This document shows, one piece after another, positions 12,401 through 27,400 of a stretch of DNA of 64,000 nucleotides. The notes beneath the pieces are model-generated. The model was not told the DNA's origin and searched no databases. It saw nothing but the letters and a program-made list of their open reading frames with translations. The position numbers and the translations under genes were made by a program. The stretch comes from Ylistrum balloti (taxonomy: Eukaryota), in contig NW_026782194.1 in NCBI RefSeq assembly GCF_031769215.1, forward strand, positions 248,001-312,000, written 5' to 3'. Position 1 is the stretch's first letter; each line of letters opens with the position of its first letter.

Positions 12401-15400
12401 GTACTAACAGCCCTCCACATGTACGAGTAGTCCTTCACTTGTACAAATAATGTACACTTTCTTTAAATGGTTTCCAGTCAATGGAAATTGAAGACATGCA
12501 CAGCACTCAAGCTAATCACTTAATGTGCAAAAAATGTCAAACCTACTGACTATTTTTGTTTAGTGTAGACATGTGCTGTCATCGATTGTTGACTGACACT
12601 TCTCTGCTGTGTTAATCAGTTGTGTCTGCTATCACAGAATATCTACTGACCTTAGTAATCAATTTACAGGTACTTACCCAGAGGCAAGAGAACTCTTCCC
12701 ATAATTCCTTTGCAGGATATAATATCTTTTAAGAATCTCTAGATCCTAACATCAGTTATGGACAAATTAACAGAAATGTCTCTCATTCTGTCAAGACACT
12801 TACTGCTGAGGTTTGAACTCTGTTGTGATTGTATGTTAACACATTGTAAAGAAATTCAACCATTAGCTAGTAATACTGTATATGAGATAAGTTTCTCCAT
12901 ATATTATCTTCAACCCAATTTGCCCATTTGCAAGTAGGGCAAAAATAGATGGCGTCCTTAAATCTAATCCTTTGGCTTTAAAGCATGTTTCAGTGTATTT
13001 TTATGTGAATGTAACACATTCTCTTAAAACAAGTTCACTTTGCATTGTTAAATTTCCCTCAAAATATTTTTTTTTCTTCACACCAGGACCAAAATAAAAA
13101 TTAAAGAGTACAAATGTTTCCCTGTATAGAGTATTAAGTTTAATTTTAAATCTTAAGTTTAAAAAAGCTTCTCTTTAGAGCATAAGATTTTCCTTCATTC
13201 CAACTACTTATATCTTGAGACAGGTTTTTGCACAAATCTTAATGAACATTTCCCCTACAGAAATATTTCAGTAAATTTGCTTTCCCATTTTTTCAAATTT
13301 TCACTTTTGAAAATGGATTAAACCCTGATACTTCTCACAAGAAAATTGAAAAAATGAATAAGATACACACAGTCCTAGACAGTCCAGTTCCAATTAGCTT
13401 CATTTTCCAGGGCACTATAATAGATTCAGTATAACTATTTATAAAGTTTCCTTTAACAGAACTTACAAATAATCATTCACTACCTCTGACACTTATTGTA
13501 CCAGTAATACATGCAATGTTTTGACTGTTTTCACCACTGCACATTGCTGCAGACCATACTTGACACAGTTTTCCATGGTGAGCCTTATCACAGCTTAAAA
13601 ATGTGATCTTTTTGAAATTCCATCTTAATTATCTATTGGTTGAATGCTACAGGAAGCCTCCCTAGATTTACATAATCAAACAGCCCCTCAGGCTGATACA
13701 GAGCTTCCTGTCATCCAAATTATCTAATAAACTCCACCAAATTGAACCACTGAACACGCTGACTGGTTTAGATTGTAGCCTATACAACACTATATGGATA
13801 ATAATGCAGATAAAAGACAAGGGTTACATATACCAAACTCCCACATGCACACAGGTTAGATATCAAACTCCTACGTAATGGGTGTACAATATACAATAAG
13901 ATATGCTTTATGTATATATCAATGATATACACTGAACATATATATCCATTCTCATATTACTGTCACCATAAAGACAATTTCATAAAAACTTTTTCAGAAA
14001 ATTTCACGGTTACAAATGTTTGATATTATGATGCTTTAGTTATATCTACAGTACAATAAAGATTACCTTTGATCGAAAGACAAGAAAAAAAATATGACAA
14101 TAGAAAATTTCTGCTGTTTGCCTTTTGGATCTCAAGAACTTTCTATGAGATGTATTCCCAAACAAGAAGTTTTTGCAAGAATGTACTCTTATAACAATAT
14201 AATTCTGTAAGGATTCACTCCCAAACAAGAACTTTCCCTTAGGATTCACTCCCAAACAAGAACATTCCCTAAGAATTCACTCCCAAACAAGAACTTTCCC
14301 TAAGGATGCACCCCCAAACAAGGACTTTCTCTAAGGATGCACTCCTAAACAAGGACTTTCCCTAAGGATCCCCTCCAAAATAAGGACATTTGTAAGGATA
14401 CACTTACAAACAAGTACGTTCTGTAAGGATACACTTACAAACAAGAACATTCTATAAGGAAACACTTACAAACAAGACCATTCTGTAAGGATACACTTAT
14501 AAACAAGTACGTTCTGTAAAGATACACTTACAAACAAGAATATTCTGTAAAGATACACTTACAAACAAGTACATTCTATAAGGATACACTTACAAACAAG
14601 TACATTCTGTAAAGATACACTTACAAACAAGTACATTCTGTAAGGATACACTTACAAACAAGAACATTCTGTAAGGATACACTTACAAACATGTACATTC
14701 TGTAAAGATACACTTACAAACAAGTACATTCTGTAAGGATACACTTACAAACAAGAACATTCTGTAAGGATACACTTACAAACAAGTACATTCTATAAGG
14801 ATACACTTACAAACAAGTACATTCTGTAAGGATACACTTACAAACAAGAACATTCTGTAAAGATACACCCCCGAACAAGTACATTCTGTAAGGATACACT
14901 TACAAACAAGAACATTCTGTAAAGATACACCCCCGAACAAGTACATTCTGTATGGATACACTCAGTTATTGACCATCCTTGCGTCAGTAATTTATGACTG
15001 ACATATACTCTAACACACGATGTAATATGTTCCATTTCATTTGTGATGAAATTTGTTGTATTAATGATTCCTGGTTTATAAATGAAAATAAAATGTTGAA
15101 AATAAAACACCATATGACTTTAACCTGCTACAATTAACACTATCCTTTATCATAAACAAATTTTCTCATATATCAATCAAATACACAAATTTACAAAGAC
15201 AATCATTTTAATATGATTACATAACATATGTTCTCTAATAACACAACTCCCACAAGGGAATGTTTCCCAAGATTACTCGTAAGTTACCTGCAATCCCAGG
15301 ATTGGGCAAGAGGAACAGAATCTATCATGTGACAGCTTGTAAGATAACAATTACTGACTTTGACATTCATTATGTTGTATGATTTCAGCACTGCACCACA

Positions 15401-18400
15401 TTATTTCTCATGCTTTCTAAATAACAAATGATCGAGCTACTGTGCTGTGCCTGCAGTACTGCACTATTATAGTACCCGTCTTAACTTCATTTCTAGAGAT
15501 AAAAACATTTCTATAAGATGTTCAATGATTAAACATGAACCTTAATACTTACAATGTAGAACACAGAAATATCCAATGAACACTAAACAGTAGTAGAAAC
15601 CTGTAGACTGAACACTGAACAGACTTTAAAATGTATGTAACATCTGTGTTCTGACAGTCATCGCCAACATCAGGCTCTACACAGCCACCAAAGATGGCCA
15701 CAGCATTTAAAATCAATACCCCCATGTGTCACCGTTAACTCATGGTCTGACCCATCCATATACACACCTCCACATCAGAGAGCTAAACAGCACCAGTCTC
15801 TCCTGTTTTTTTTTTATTTATTTAATTTCAAGCACACAAAGCAAGAAGGTTTTGTATTTGAGCTTGTGTATCTAGGCAATCTTATAACTTTTTATTATTT
15901 TTTTTTAATCTGTTGTCTATATCACTAAAACACATTTACCTGGCACGCATCAGATATGCAGAAAAGTCAAAGGTCTGTGGGGCCTGTATTGCTCGACTGG
16001 TTTGGTTTGGTCAAAATCGCTTGATAAATACAGAAAGGGAAGGATTTTATATAACTTCCTCCGAAGAGTCAGACCCATCATGTATGCACATTGAATCCCT
16101 AATGACCCCATTGAAATCTATTTATCCTAACGGAAGAATTATAATAATGAGTTACCTTTATTTTGATTGATTTTTTGCTTTGTTAGAGGGATCAGACCAT
16201 GGATCATAAAAAATTGAGTACCCTTTCCCCAAAAATATTTCTGACCAAAATTTGTCAAACCACATTCATCACAACAGTAAAAATGAAGGACTACCCAGCT
16301 TTTCCTCTATTTCACCTACTTGACCTCACCTGTTTGGACTCCCAAAGGGTCTGACCCACCATCAATTAATCCTGTGTATAAAGTCACACCTGTTCAGTTG
16401 ATTGGGTACATCTCATATAGGGATAGTCAGGACAATGAATCCTTGTTACCTGTGTATAAAGTCACACCTGTGTATAAAGTCACACCTGTGTATAAAGTCA
16501 CATCTGTCCAGTTGATTTGGTACATCTCATATATGGATAGTCAGGACAAAGAATCCTTGTTACCTGTGTATAAAGTCACACCTGTGTATAAAGTCACATC
16601 TGTCCAGTTGATTGGGTACATCTCATATAGGGATAGTCAGGACAAAGTGTCCTTGTTACCTGTGTATAAAGTCACACCTGTGTATAAAGTCACACCTGTC
16701 ATGTTGATTGGGTACATCTCATATAGGGATAGTCAGGACAAAGTGTCCTTGTTACCTGTGTATAAAGTCACACCTGTGTATAAAGTCACACCTGTCATGT
16801 TAATTGGGTACATCTCATATAGGGATAGTCAGGACAAAGTGTCCTTGTTACCTGTGTATAAAGTCACACCTGTGTATAAAGTCACACCTGTCATGTTGAT
16901 TGGGTACATCTCATATAGGGATAGTCAGGACAAAGTATCCTTGTTACCTGTGTATAAAGTCACACCTGTCATGTTGATTGGGTGTATCCTATATGAGGAG
17001 AGTTAGGACACATTATCTATGTTAATTGTTGGATTATCAAATTCATACTTATGGCAAGTTCTCTGGGCCTTAACTGAGCATATGATTCTGCTAATATACA
17101 GGTAGCTGAAACACACCCTGAACTAGGCATTGTACAACAGGTATTGTACAAATGTGGGATATCTCAGTCTGGACTAGACATTGTACAAATGTAGGATATC
17201 TCAGTCTGGACTAGACATTGTACAAATGTGGGATATCTCAGTCTGGACTAGACATTGTACAAATGTAGGATATCTCAGTCTGAACTAGACATTGTACAAA
17301 TGTAGGATATCTCAGTCTGGACTAGACATTGTACAAATGTAGGATATCTCAGTCTGAACTAGACATTCATTGTACAAGTCTAATTGTTCAGACAGGACTA
17401 GACTTTGTACAAATGTAGGATATCTCAGTCTGGACTAGACATTCATTGTACAAGTCTAATTGTTCAGACAGGACTAGACTTTGTACAAATGTGGGATATC
17501 TCAGTCTGGACTAGACATTCATTGTACAAGTCTAATTGTTCAGACAGGACTAGACTTTGTACAAATGTAGGATATCTCAGTCTGGACTAGACATTCATTG
17601 TACAAGTCTAATTGTTCAGACAGGACTAGACTTTGTACAAATGTAGGATATCTCAGTCTGGACTAGACATTGTACAAATGTAGGATATCTCAGTCTGGAC
17701 TAGACAAGGTACAAATGTTATTGTACAGAGGATAAGACAGTCAGGACTGGATATATTAGTTATACAGACAAGACTAAACATGGTACAATATAATTGTACA
17801 GGCTAGAGATACATATAATGAGCATGTAACTAGATCATTGTAGACAACCCTGGGAAACTTGTGGGAGGAACAGTCTGATGTTTTCATATAAAAGCATTTC
17901 CATGGAAATTTGACTATTGATCACTAGTGCCGAGCTCTAGGCTTTCAGACACGGTGTATGTTACGACCCTAATGCTAGTCACGTGTCTCTTTGCTATTTC
18001 TAACTCCCTAAAAAAAAAAACACGTCTGCCTGGTGTTCAGATTTTCCTTATACAGAAGAAAAATTTGATTAGATTCAAACCTGACATAATACTCCTTCAC
18101 CTGACAATTCCCACTAATAATCAACATGTGGGGACTGAAATATAAGACGGGAACTGTTCCAACAAATCTTACAGAGACAGTTGAGACTGGCATGTTTAAA
18201 AGAAGTTTTCTCAAATTCACCACCACTTACAACCAGTGTCTTTATAACACTTGTGCAGCAGACATGTTACAGAAAATGTCCTCACGGCTATCCAATATAA
18301 ATATGAACTGAACATCTGATACAAATCTACAACTGCACACAAAGGTGCTGTAAAAATTTACATTTACCCTCGAATACAAACCTGGGATTCACAGCCAGTT

Positions 18401-21400
18401 ACTCGACTCCAGGTGTTTTGAAATTGTTGCTGTGTAAATGTTCAATCAATTCAAACGTATTACTGGCTCTGTCAACGACAAAAAATACATCCAATATTCT
18501 CTGTGTTCCTGTCCAGGTCACAGGAAATCAAGGACTCTCGATCATTCAGTTTGCAGCAGACGTCTAAATCAGGGGCTTATCATCATCAGCAAGTCTCAAG
18601 TCAGCCAAGCCAACTTTCCATTGCCACAAATCAATAGGAAAACAGATGGATGTATCAGCACATAATCCTGGTCCGACACAGATTAAACCTTCTTCCTTCT
18701 AAAGGATGAGTGTGACTGTGTGTGAATTGGATAGCTATAGGTGAAACCTCCAGGAAATGAATCTGCAAGCCTGTAATTACCATGGCAACACAACATGGTG
18801 AACGCTGTCACAAGGTTGCATCAATGAATCATCATTATTTACCATTAATTGGTATAACTAGATATTGTTGTAGATTTTCTATGTACGTTATCTAGTGGTG
18901 TGGCATACCTTAAGCATGAATAATATGTTTTTGGGCAGTATCTAAAATGTTCATACTTCCTACAGGACTGTGACGCGCTTGAGATAAAACAATATTTAAT
19001 CTATCAGCATGGTGCCTAAAGAAACAGGTATTTTATTGTGTATCAGCAGTAGATGTAATTATAGGATAACTAACACAGGTAAAGGAGGAAAAGATTTGAC
19101 AAACTTGACATGATCATAAACAATAGATTGTCCATCATGCTGTTCATATCCCGTGGTAAACTGAATAGACTTTCGGTGATAACTGGTAATTTCTTATTTA
19201 CAGTATAACGTCTCTTAAATAAAGTTCCAAATCATTATCAGTAACCAAGGCTCCTTTCGATTACTGATGAATTCCTTTAACATTCGACCAAAAAAGTAAG
19301 ACACACAACTGAAATACGATGTAAAATAAATTTCAACATATCTTCCACTTTTGTATTCCTGTACACTTTATCATCTATAGTTGTATAAATAGATTTTTAA
19401 AAATGTGAACATTATGTCGTTTTTAAGAAATTTTACTTGTGGACTACTTCTTTTGATGGTGTAGTGATTTGGTTAACAATTTTAACATTTCGTGGTTGCT
19501 AAGGTAATTATCTTGAGTATAACTCTTGAAGTCTTGGGTAGATTTCAACTTAATTTTGAATAAATTATCACATCATTACCAATCACAGATTTCAAATTAG
19601 TGAATTCCAGCATTTTAGGTGAAAATTAAAGCACAGTGACCTCTTTTTTAATCAAGAAAAGTATCTTTGAAAATTTCTCTATCTAAACATGAAATCTTTA
19701 CAAAAGTTTCACACTAGAAGATGGTCAAATAAAGTCATTTTGAAACACTTTCAATTTTTTGTTACTATGCAGTTTAAAGCCCATTAAATCAGATGAAAAC
19801 TTCGTATTTCCACTTCGACTTTTTTTCTTAATATCCAAGTACCATACCTTTACTGTGGAATGTAAGATGAAAATTTATCTTAAAAAGGTTGCCGTGAAAA
19901 TAACAGAGAATGTCTGTTATTCAGGAAAAAAATGAAAATATGTGAAAATTAATTATTTCCTGTTAAACATATTCTGATGACTGCACAGGAAAATGCAGTG
20001 CAGAAACATAGATTTTTAGCTTTTAATCTTCTTTCTAAAAAACGAACTTCTTTCTAAAAAAGGAACTTTTCAAAACAAATGGCCTTGATGGTCATCTGAG
20101 ATAAGCAATATTGAATGTAAAAGCTAAAGGGTAGTTATCAAGTGTCATGAAAAAGGAAATTGTGACACTGAAAAGAGTAAGCCAGTGTTAATACATGCAT
20201 ACCATCAAAACTGTCATCCTAAACTTATAATTCCAGTGGAAAATAACCAATATTATGCTCAAAAATGCAATTTTTCTATGAAAATTTAATCAAATTATGC
20301 TCAAAAATTTATTTTTCCTATATAAACTATAGTAAACTTTACCCCCTCCCTGTAGGGGAAATGTGAGACCCTTGGGGCGTGAAATTCACAATTTTTGTAA
20401 AGCACCTTAAGATGTTTCCATCCAAGAAGAGCTTTTGATTCTACCATATTTGGAGATAGAGAAAAAGATTTTTGAAATTTGAATCAATATGATCACTTTT
20501 GGCCTCATCCATCAGCCCCTGGGGGTAAGTCAGGAACAAAATCGGTATACCATCAAGTCATCATTCTTCACTCAAAATTCTAACTATGTTTGAAAAATTT
20601 CCAATGGAAACTAAACAAATTATGCTCAAAAATCAATTTTTCCTATATAAGCTAGAGTAGACTATACCCCCTCGCCACGGGGGAATTGTGAGAACCTGGG
20701 GCCATGAAATTCACAATTTTAGTAAAGCACCTTAAGATGCTACCATCCATGAACAGTATTTGATTCTACCTTATCAGGGAGTCGAGAAGAAGATTATTGA
20801 AATCAGAGTCAATCTGATCCCTTTTGGCCCCACCCAGGAGTTTTGAGAAGAAGTCGAAAATGTTAAAGTTTTGACAGACTTTGTCTCAGGAGACACTTTC
20901 CCTCAGGTGACCTAAAAAACATTATCAGAAAAATAGTTGAAAACTGGAATTGTTTACTGCTCAGAAGAGTACCTTCTTAATGAAAGTTCCCTAAATGGTT
21001 TTCAAAATGATTCTGAACTGAACACTGCCACACACAAATTAAATGCTCTCAATTGGTTTACTTGACAAACCTGTATTAAACAACACTTGAGAGATTAATT
21101 TCCACGGTTTCCGTTACAGTAATGAAAATTTTCCAGAAAACAAACAAACACATTCTAGAAATCAATAGAAACTTCAAACGGTTAAGAAGATGATTTTGGG
21201 GGGAAAAAAGAAGAGAAACTTCATGCCGTATTTCTTGTCCAAATGAGGTTGATGCTATGTTTAAACAGTAAACTACCAACTTGCTCCTAATTTCTAAGGT
21301 CCAGTGTACTTAATCATTACTATCATACAAATACACACTGTGTACTGGTTAATTATAGAGGTTGACTGAGGAAGACCATCGAATCAAGTTAGGTATCATG

Positions 21401-24400
21401 GGACACATATATTGAATCATCCAAAAGTTGGACAGATAGAGAGAATTACTGTATTTTCCTGGTTCTAAATCACACTAGTATATAAGCCACTGAGCCAATT
21501 TTCAACGATTTCTTTTTATTTGATCCACATGTAAGCCACACTGGAATATATGTCACACCCTTTTTTACGTTCCCTCGACCAAAATTGATATAACAGACAA
21601 CGGAAGCCAATTTATCAAAATTGACGGTGAAACATTTAATATAACTTTGCAAATGAGTTAAACACAGATAATCCTTTATTTTATTGATGTGTTTCAAAGG
21701 CGTAAAATATCAATTATTGAACTTGTTTGGCTTGGGAGCCTCCAAAGATTGTCTATGCACAGATATAGGGCCTGAGGTTATGTATGGTTTACTTAACAAT
21801 ATCTCCATCAGTGTCTGTGCTGTTCAATGTCAGTGAAGACCCTTTCATGCTGACAAAATTCTTATAGTCCCATATTATTTCTTGTACGTTACACATTATA
21901 AATGACAGAGCTTTACGGGCAAATATATTGTGTGCTAGTACAATTCATGATGTTTGTCTGCAAACCTATGTCATTTATAACAATCATGAATACCACAAGA
22001 AGACAGTTCGATGCTTAAATTTCTATTCTTTACACATGTTACTTTCTTAAATGCTGATTTAATTTGAGTTCCATTAAAACAAATCATTTTTAATCGACAG
22101 CACGATCGGCCATTTGAAACAGATATTTAACAAGAATTTTGATGGCGATTTATTACTGATATCATAATGGCCGTGTGCTGGATGGCATTTATTGTACCTT
22201 AAATCACACGTCATGCAAATCTCATAATATCTCTTCTCTACATTATACACATCTTAATCAAGATGATTTCCAAGGACATTTCCTGATATCAAGTGTCTTG
22301 GCCTCTGGAGTTTGAGAACATACGTATGGGGATTTGACAAATCCTTTATTAAAATGCTGTAACATGATTTTAATTTATATCTGCTACACAACAATCCAAG
22401 TTTGTATTAAATCATACAACTGATATTGCAAAAAGATGTAATGGTGTCACAAAGGAGACTACTGGCAACCTTCTAACTGACTTAAGTCTGTAGTGTTTTA
22501 CCTGTATTTATGTCTCTGCGAGTATCTGTATCATGACAAGGAATATATAAAAGGAACCTATTTACAAACATGTGAGAGAAGATATACACATATTTGTATG
22601 TAAATGGTTGGTTTATCAATAATATTTTAAATCACTTTGACATTCACTGCACTGTAGTCACTTAGGTTTCTGTTCTCCAGTAAGCACATATCTGCATACT
22701 CTTCTTACAAATAGGATCGTATATTTTCTCCTTGAACTTAAATATTGCAGATAAGTTGACATCAAGGACATGAATCCAGGACTTAAGAGACCTTTTGAGC
22801 AGACGATTTCAGTGCCACTTAAATAGAAGATATCCCAGACAGATCTTCCCTCCAACTACTGTGTGCTTCTATGCAAGACTGATATTTTCTCTAATTTCCT
22901 CCTCTTTCACACAAGTCATTGATAATCCTGCATAAGATATTGAGAAAGACCTAAAAAGAATTTGCTGAGAAATAGCAATAACAAGTTTAAGCTGCCAAAA
23001 TCCAACATGGGTACCAGCTTACCATTTTGTTTTCCAAATTAAACGCAAAATCAAAGGGGCACAACTCCGGACTAAGGGAACGGACACATGCATCCAAACA
23101 CAAATAACAGAAATATCTTTCCAATAGTTCTCAAAGAATATTGATAACAAACTTCAACTGACAAATATCCAAGATTGCTACCTGTCGTCCATATTAATTA
23201 ATTGTTCAGTCTAAAAATTAAATGGACACAACTAGGGGCAATGGGGAACATACACACAAAGTTGGAGAAATATTCTTATGATATTCTCAAGAAACAGAGA
23301 TAACAGCCTTCAGCTACCTAAATTCAAGATGGCCAGACAACGGACCGACAATGGACTGACAATGGACCCTGGATGAAGCCTGATTTGTACAGCTCACAAT
23401 ACAATGATAAATATCTGTTACACAAAAAACGTTAACCTTTGCCAGTAAGAACAAAACCTAGTACAGTGTTTGGCTAACATACTGATTAAGGTTGTAGCAA
23501 TACTTAAACACAGGTAGTGTAATGATATACAGACAATATTACCATTATACGCTATATATTGTCTACAATACACAAAATGTGGCAGTGAAAATATTTTGTA
23601 AATTCTCATTCTCCAATACAACACAACAATGCATTATATTCAAAACTTTCTTGATAAACACTTGATGGAAAATACATGTATATCTAGGCAAAATTTTGAC
23701 TGAATATTTCCATCAAAAAGCAGTTTTTCTTATTTCATTGAAAAACTGCTCCAACTTAATTGAATTTGCTCTTTCATAAACAGAAATCAAATGTTTCCAC
23801 TAGCAACAACAAAATGATTAAATGAAATAAGACATGTATCTTATCAGGAAATTCAATAACGAAATTTCAGGGGGGTTTATCTTAGTGTTTGTCCCATTTA
23901 AAAATTCTTTTTTTTTAGTGTTCATTTAAAAGCACATATTTTCCTTTTCAGTAGAATGTGTACAGTATGTGCCCACACAGCTACTGACATATATTTAGTA
24001 AATCTGTTCATTTACGTGTCAAGGATAACTTATTTTCTTGAGTGTAAGTTTTTTGTAACCCGGAGGTGAAGATTGCTAGCATGTTTGAATTCAAAGACTG
24101 GGTCGCCAGTAAATGAAGCCGTACATCAAACTAAGATTAACCTTTACCTTGCTACCTTAACAGAAAAACAAGACCCCTCATTCAGTTGGAAGTTAATTTG
24201 GGCATTCCTTGCTAATGAAGTTTTAAAAGTCATTATGGGCGATGAAAAATTAATTAACTGACCAGTGTCCCTCCCATGCCTAATAGGATGCTTACCTGTC
24301 ATAGCCAAATTAGTGACCGCCAATGGTGGATTAGATTTCCCAAAAGTAAATCAATTTGAACTTCTCGTATTGCTGAAATCAGGAATGCTTGAAGTCTCAA

Positions 24401-27400
24401 AAGAAATTTTTTTCAGTATTGCAGTACATACATACTGGGTACTTGGTGTAAACAACACTCACCTGTAGAATGCGTCTCTATACTGGTGGTACTCAGTATG
24501 TTACATAAGCATATTCACACCATCGTTTTGGTATGTTCCAGAAAATGTTAGAAAGTTTATTTCTAGTGAGGTTAATATTTGTACATATTTCAGTGCTTCA
24601 GAACTAGTCGCCAAAATAGACAAAATTTGCACCTAGTGAAAATGGTAGTAAGAAATGATTGTTGTATTTAATGTTTCGGTGTCTTGTACACCGACAAAGG
24701 TGTTAAGTATATTACACACACACACTCAACTAACAGGTTGATTCAGCTATTTATAATCTATTATGAAAATTGTATAAAATGTTTAACTGGCCTGTAAACA
24801 CAGAATCAGCAAGTAAAAATTTCAATAACAACAGGCACTAATTAATATGTCAGTAATACAAATCATCCTGTCATTACTAGCAGGAATTTATCACCATAGA
24901 CGATGACAAGCATGGTTAGGCTTTACCGTAAAAATATCAAAACCTCTCTCTGAAAACACAATCCTCCTTCCTTCAAAGTACGCACAAAAGGAAAAAAAAT
25001 ATCATCAGATGATAAAATCTGTACTTACATACAAAACATTGTTTCTCAATAAGACTTTTCATAAAACTGCAATATCCAGACCTGAAGATTAGCTTGGGGA
25101 GTGGGGGCGGAAAAGAACTAAACATACGCCTACTAGGTAGGATCCAATTACAGCCATTATCACAGGAATATGGTAATTCATTCAACGATCGTAATTCCCT
25201 GATGAGCGAGTCAATTAGATTTACCATCATCAAACTAACCAGTAATTAGACTAAATAGGCTGTCGGACAATGATCTTAAAAAAATTACACAGTCAATCTA
25301 AGCCTTATAAGCCCATGGGGACATCTAAATTAGATTTCTTCTGGTATACCCTGTCTATAATGACACCCTATACAAAATCCATCTTATTTTCCCTGTCTAT
25401 AATGACACACTCTGTCGACTTAATTTCATAATTCCTGTCTAGATCAACACCCTATACAGAATCCATCCTATATTCTCTGTGTATAATGACACCCTATACA
25501 GATTCCATCTTGTTTACCCTGTGTATAATGACATTCTCCCAACTAAATCTGATAATTCTGTCTGTAATGAGACCCTCCGTAGATATCATCTTATTTTTGT
25601 CCTTTTCATAACATACATACAATGTTGTGTAGTGATGCCATCTCGAATTTCTTATACTCTCTCATACTTATACACTTGGTCTGCTTCAAACTTTCAAATT
25701 CTATATGAAATTTGATCAAAACAAGATGATGTAATCTTGAATGAAACAAACACATGATAAACTACGATCTTTAACGTCACCCATCATCTACACAGACTAG
25801 CTTTCTGACCAGACCATACAATTACCAGTCGAACATCGAGACGTAAAAGATTTTTAAGAAGTTTTGAATCTTTTACATTAAAGACTTCTATACTCCTGGG
25901 TTTGCCTCCAATGACCTGTCAGTCATGCCCACAGTGCGTCTCGGCTCGTATGACTCACACCATCTTAGTAATCTAGCAACACAGACTCGTTAGCTTTGTC
26001 TAAAATATTTTTGAATAAGAGATTTTCTAAGTTTACAAAATACCATTTGAAGCAATTCATCATAAAGACATCCAACAGCATATTAAAAATAAATTTCAAA
26101 CTTACGTCATTTGTATACATGTAGTAAATATATACGGTATATAAATAAAAATAAGATTTTATAGACATTCACCTAACAAGTATAGAAAAAAAATTAAATC
26201 TGTTTCCTGACATTCTGGTGAGGTCTGTCTCTTTGACCACAAACTAGATATATGTATTTACACTTCTTATTTGATTCCAGGAATGCCCGACACTCCAGTA
26301 ATGAAGAAATTTGTCTCAAAGAATAAGGTTTCAGATTAGAGACAGAATCAAGTAAAAACAGCACTATTATAAATGTAACCTAATGTCTCATTGCTACACC
26401 AAAGGCAATCAGATTACCAGGCCGACCACAGTTCCAGGAAAACATTAGCAGGCAGTTGATGGAATGGCACAAAGATCCCTTTTCCTTCATTAAAACTTAA
26501 AACACAAATCTCATCTGTGTCAATCAGATCAGCATTTTTTTCTTAACTGTAAAAGCTCAGGTTCCTTACAATTAGAATCACTTGAATTATCTGAAAATGT
26601 AGAGAAGCTTAACCATGCTATATATGTTGGAGTACTGTGTACCCTAGATTCTCAATATGTTATTTCCAAACAAGCTGCAACATTTGGGGTGATGAAATCT
26701 TGCTGAAGCCAGGAGTAGACCTCCATACTATCTCATATCATAAAACAATTATCAATAATATTGTATTTTTCCTAGTAGTGTCATTTCATTTATATTTTTT
26801 TTATGTAGTCTGACTTTGTAAGAAAAAGGGAAGATATTACCATAGATGTTTAGTATGTGCCTAGTAGAGGTCTATGAGAGAAAATACAGCCTAGAATCTC
26901 CTATTTTACTCTTGTATAAGTTACATGATAAAGATGTGAAATAACATTAAAGAAAAAAAAAATTCCACTATATAATTTTGATCCTGCAGCATCTAAACAG
27001 CTGTTGTTGATAATCAAATGAAGTCAACAGTTTGAGAAGACCTCTAATGATGGGTACAAGAAATCTTTCTTATGTTCGAAATATATTTTGTATAAATGTG
27101 TTTGAGCTATACAGAAAATCCTTGTTTTTCTATAAATAAAAGAATGTGATTGAACTTTCTGTCAAAATGACAGCAGTGTTCAACAAAAATGAAAACATAT
27201 ACTCAGTACATGTATTCAAGGAAATTACGGCACATTTTGACAATATAACTGAAATACTTGTCTGGACTGTTGATAGCAGAATTATACTGTCCTAATTAAA
27301 GATTCAAAAATGTAAACAAAGGTACTGAATTTTTCTACTAGTGGTCAATAACATTCTTTGTCAAAGTCCAGAAAAGATTGCAATGCACTTCGCTAAAAAA

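Noticed and set aside
16188-16272. Possible C/D snoRNA on the minus strand (GTGATGA...CTGA)
   Set aside because: There is no terminal stem or convincing rRNA-antisense element, and it sits in repeat-like sequence.
16320-17006. 228-aa repetitive ORF
   Set aside because: It lies entirely within a composite tandem array in an intron.
25860-25980. Possible tRNA-derived SINE head
   Set aside because: No clear A/B boxes or cloverleaf, and no second copy in the window.
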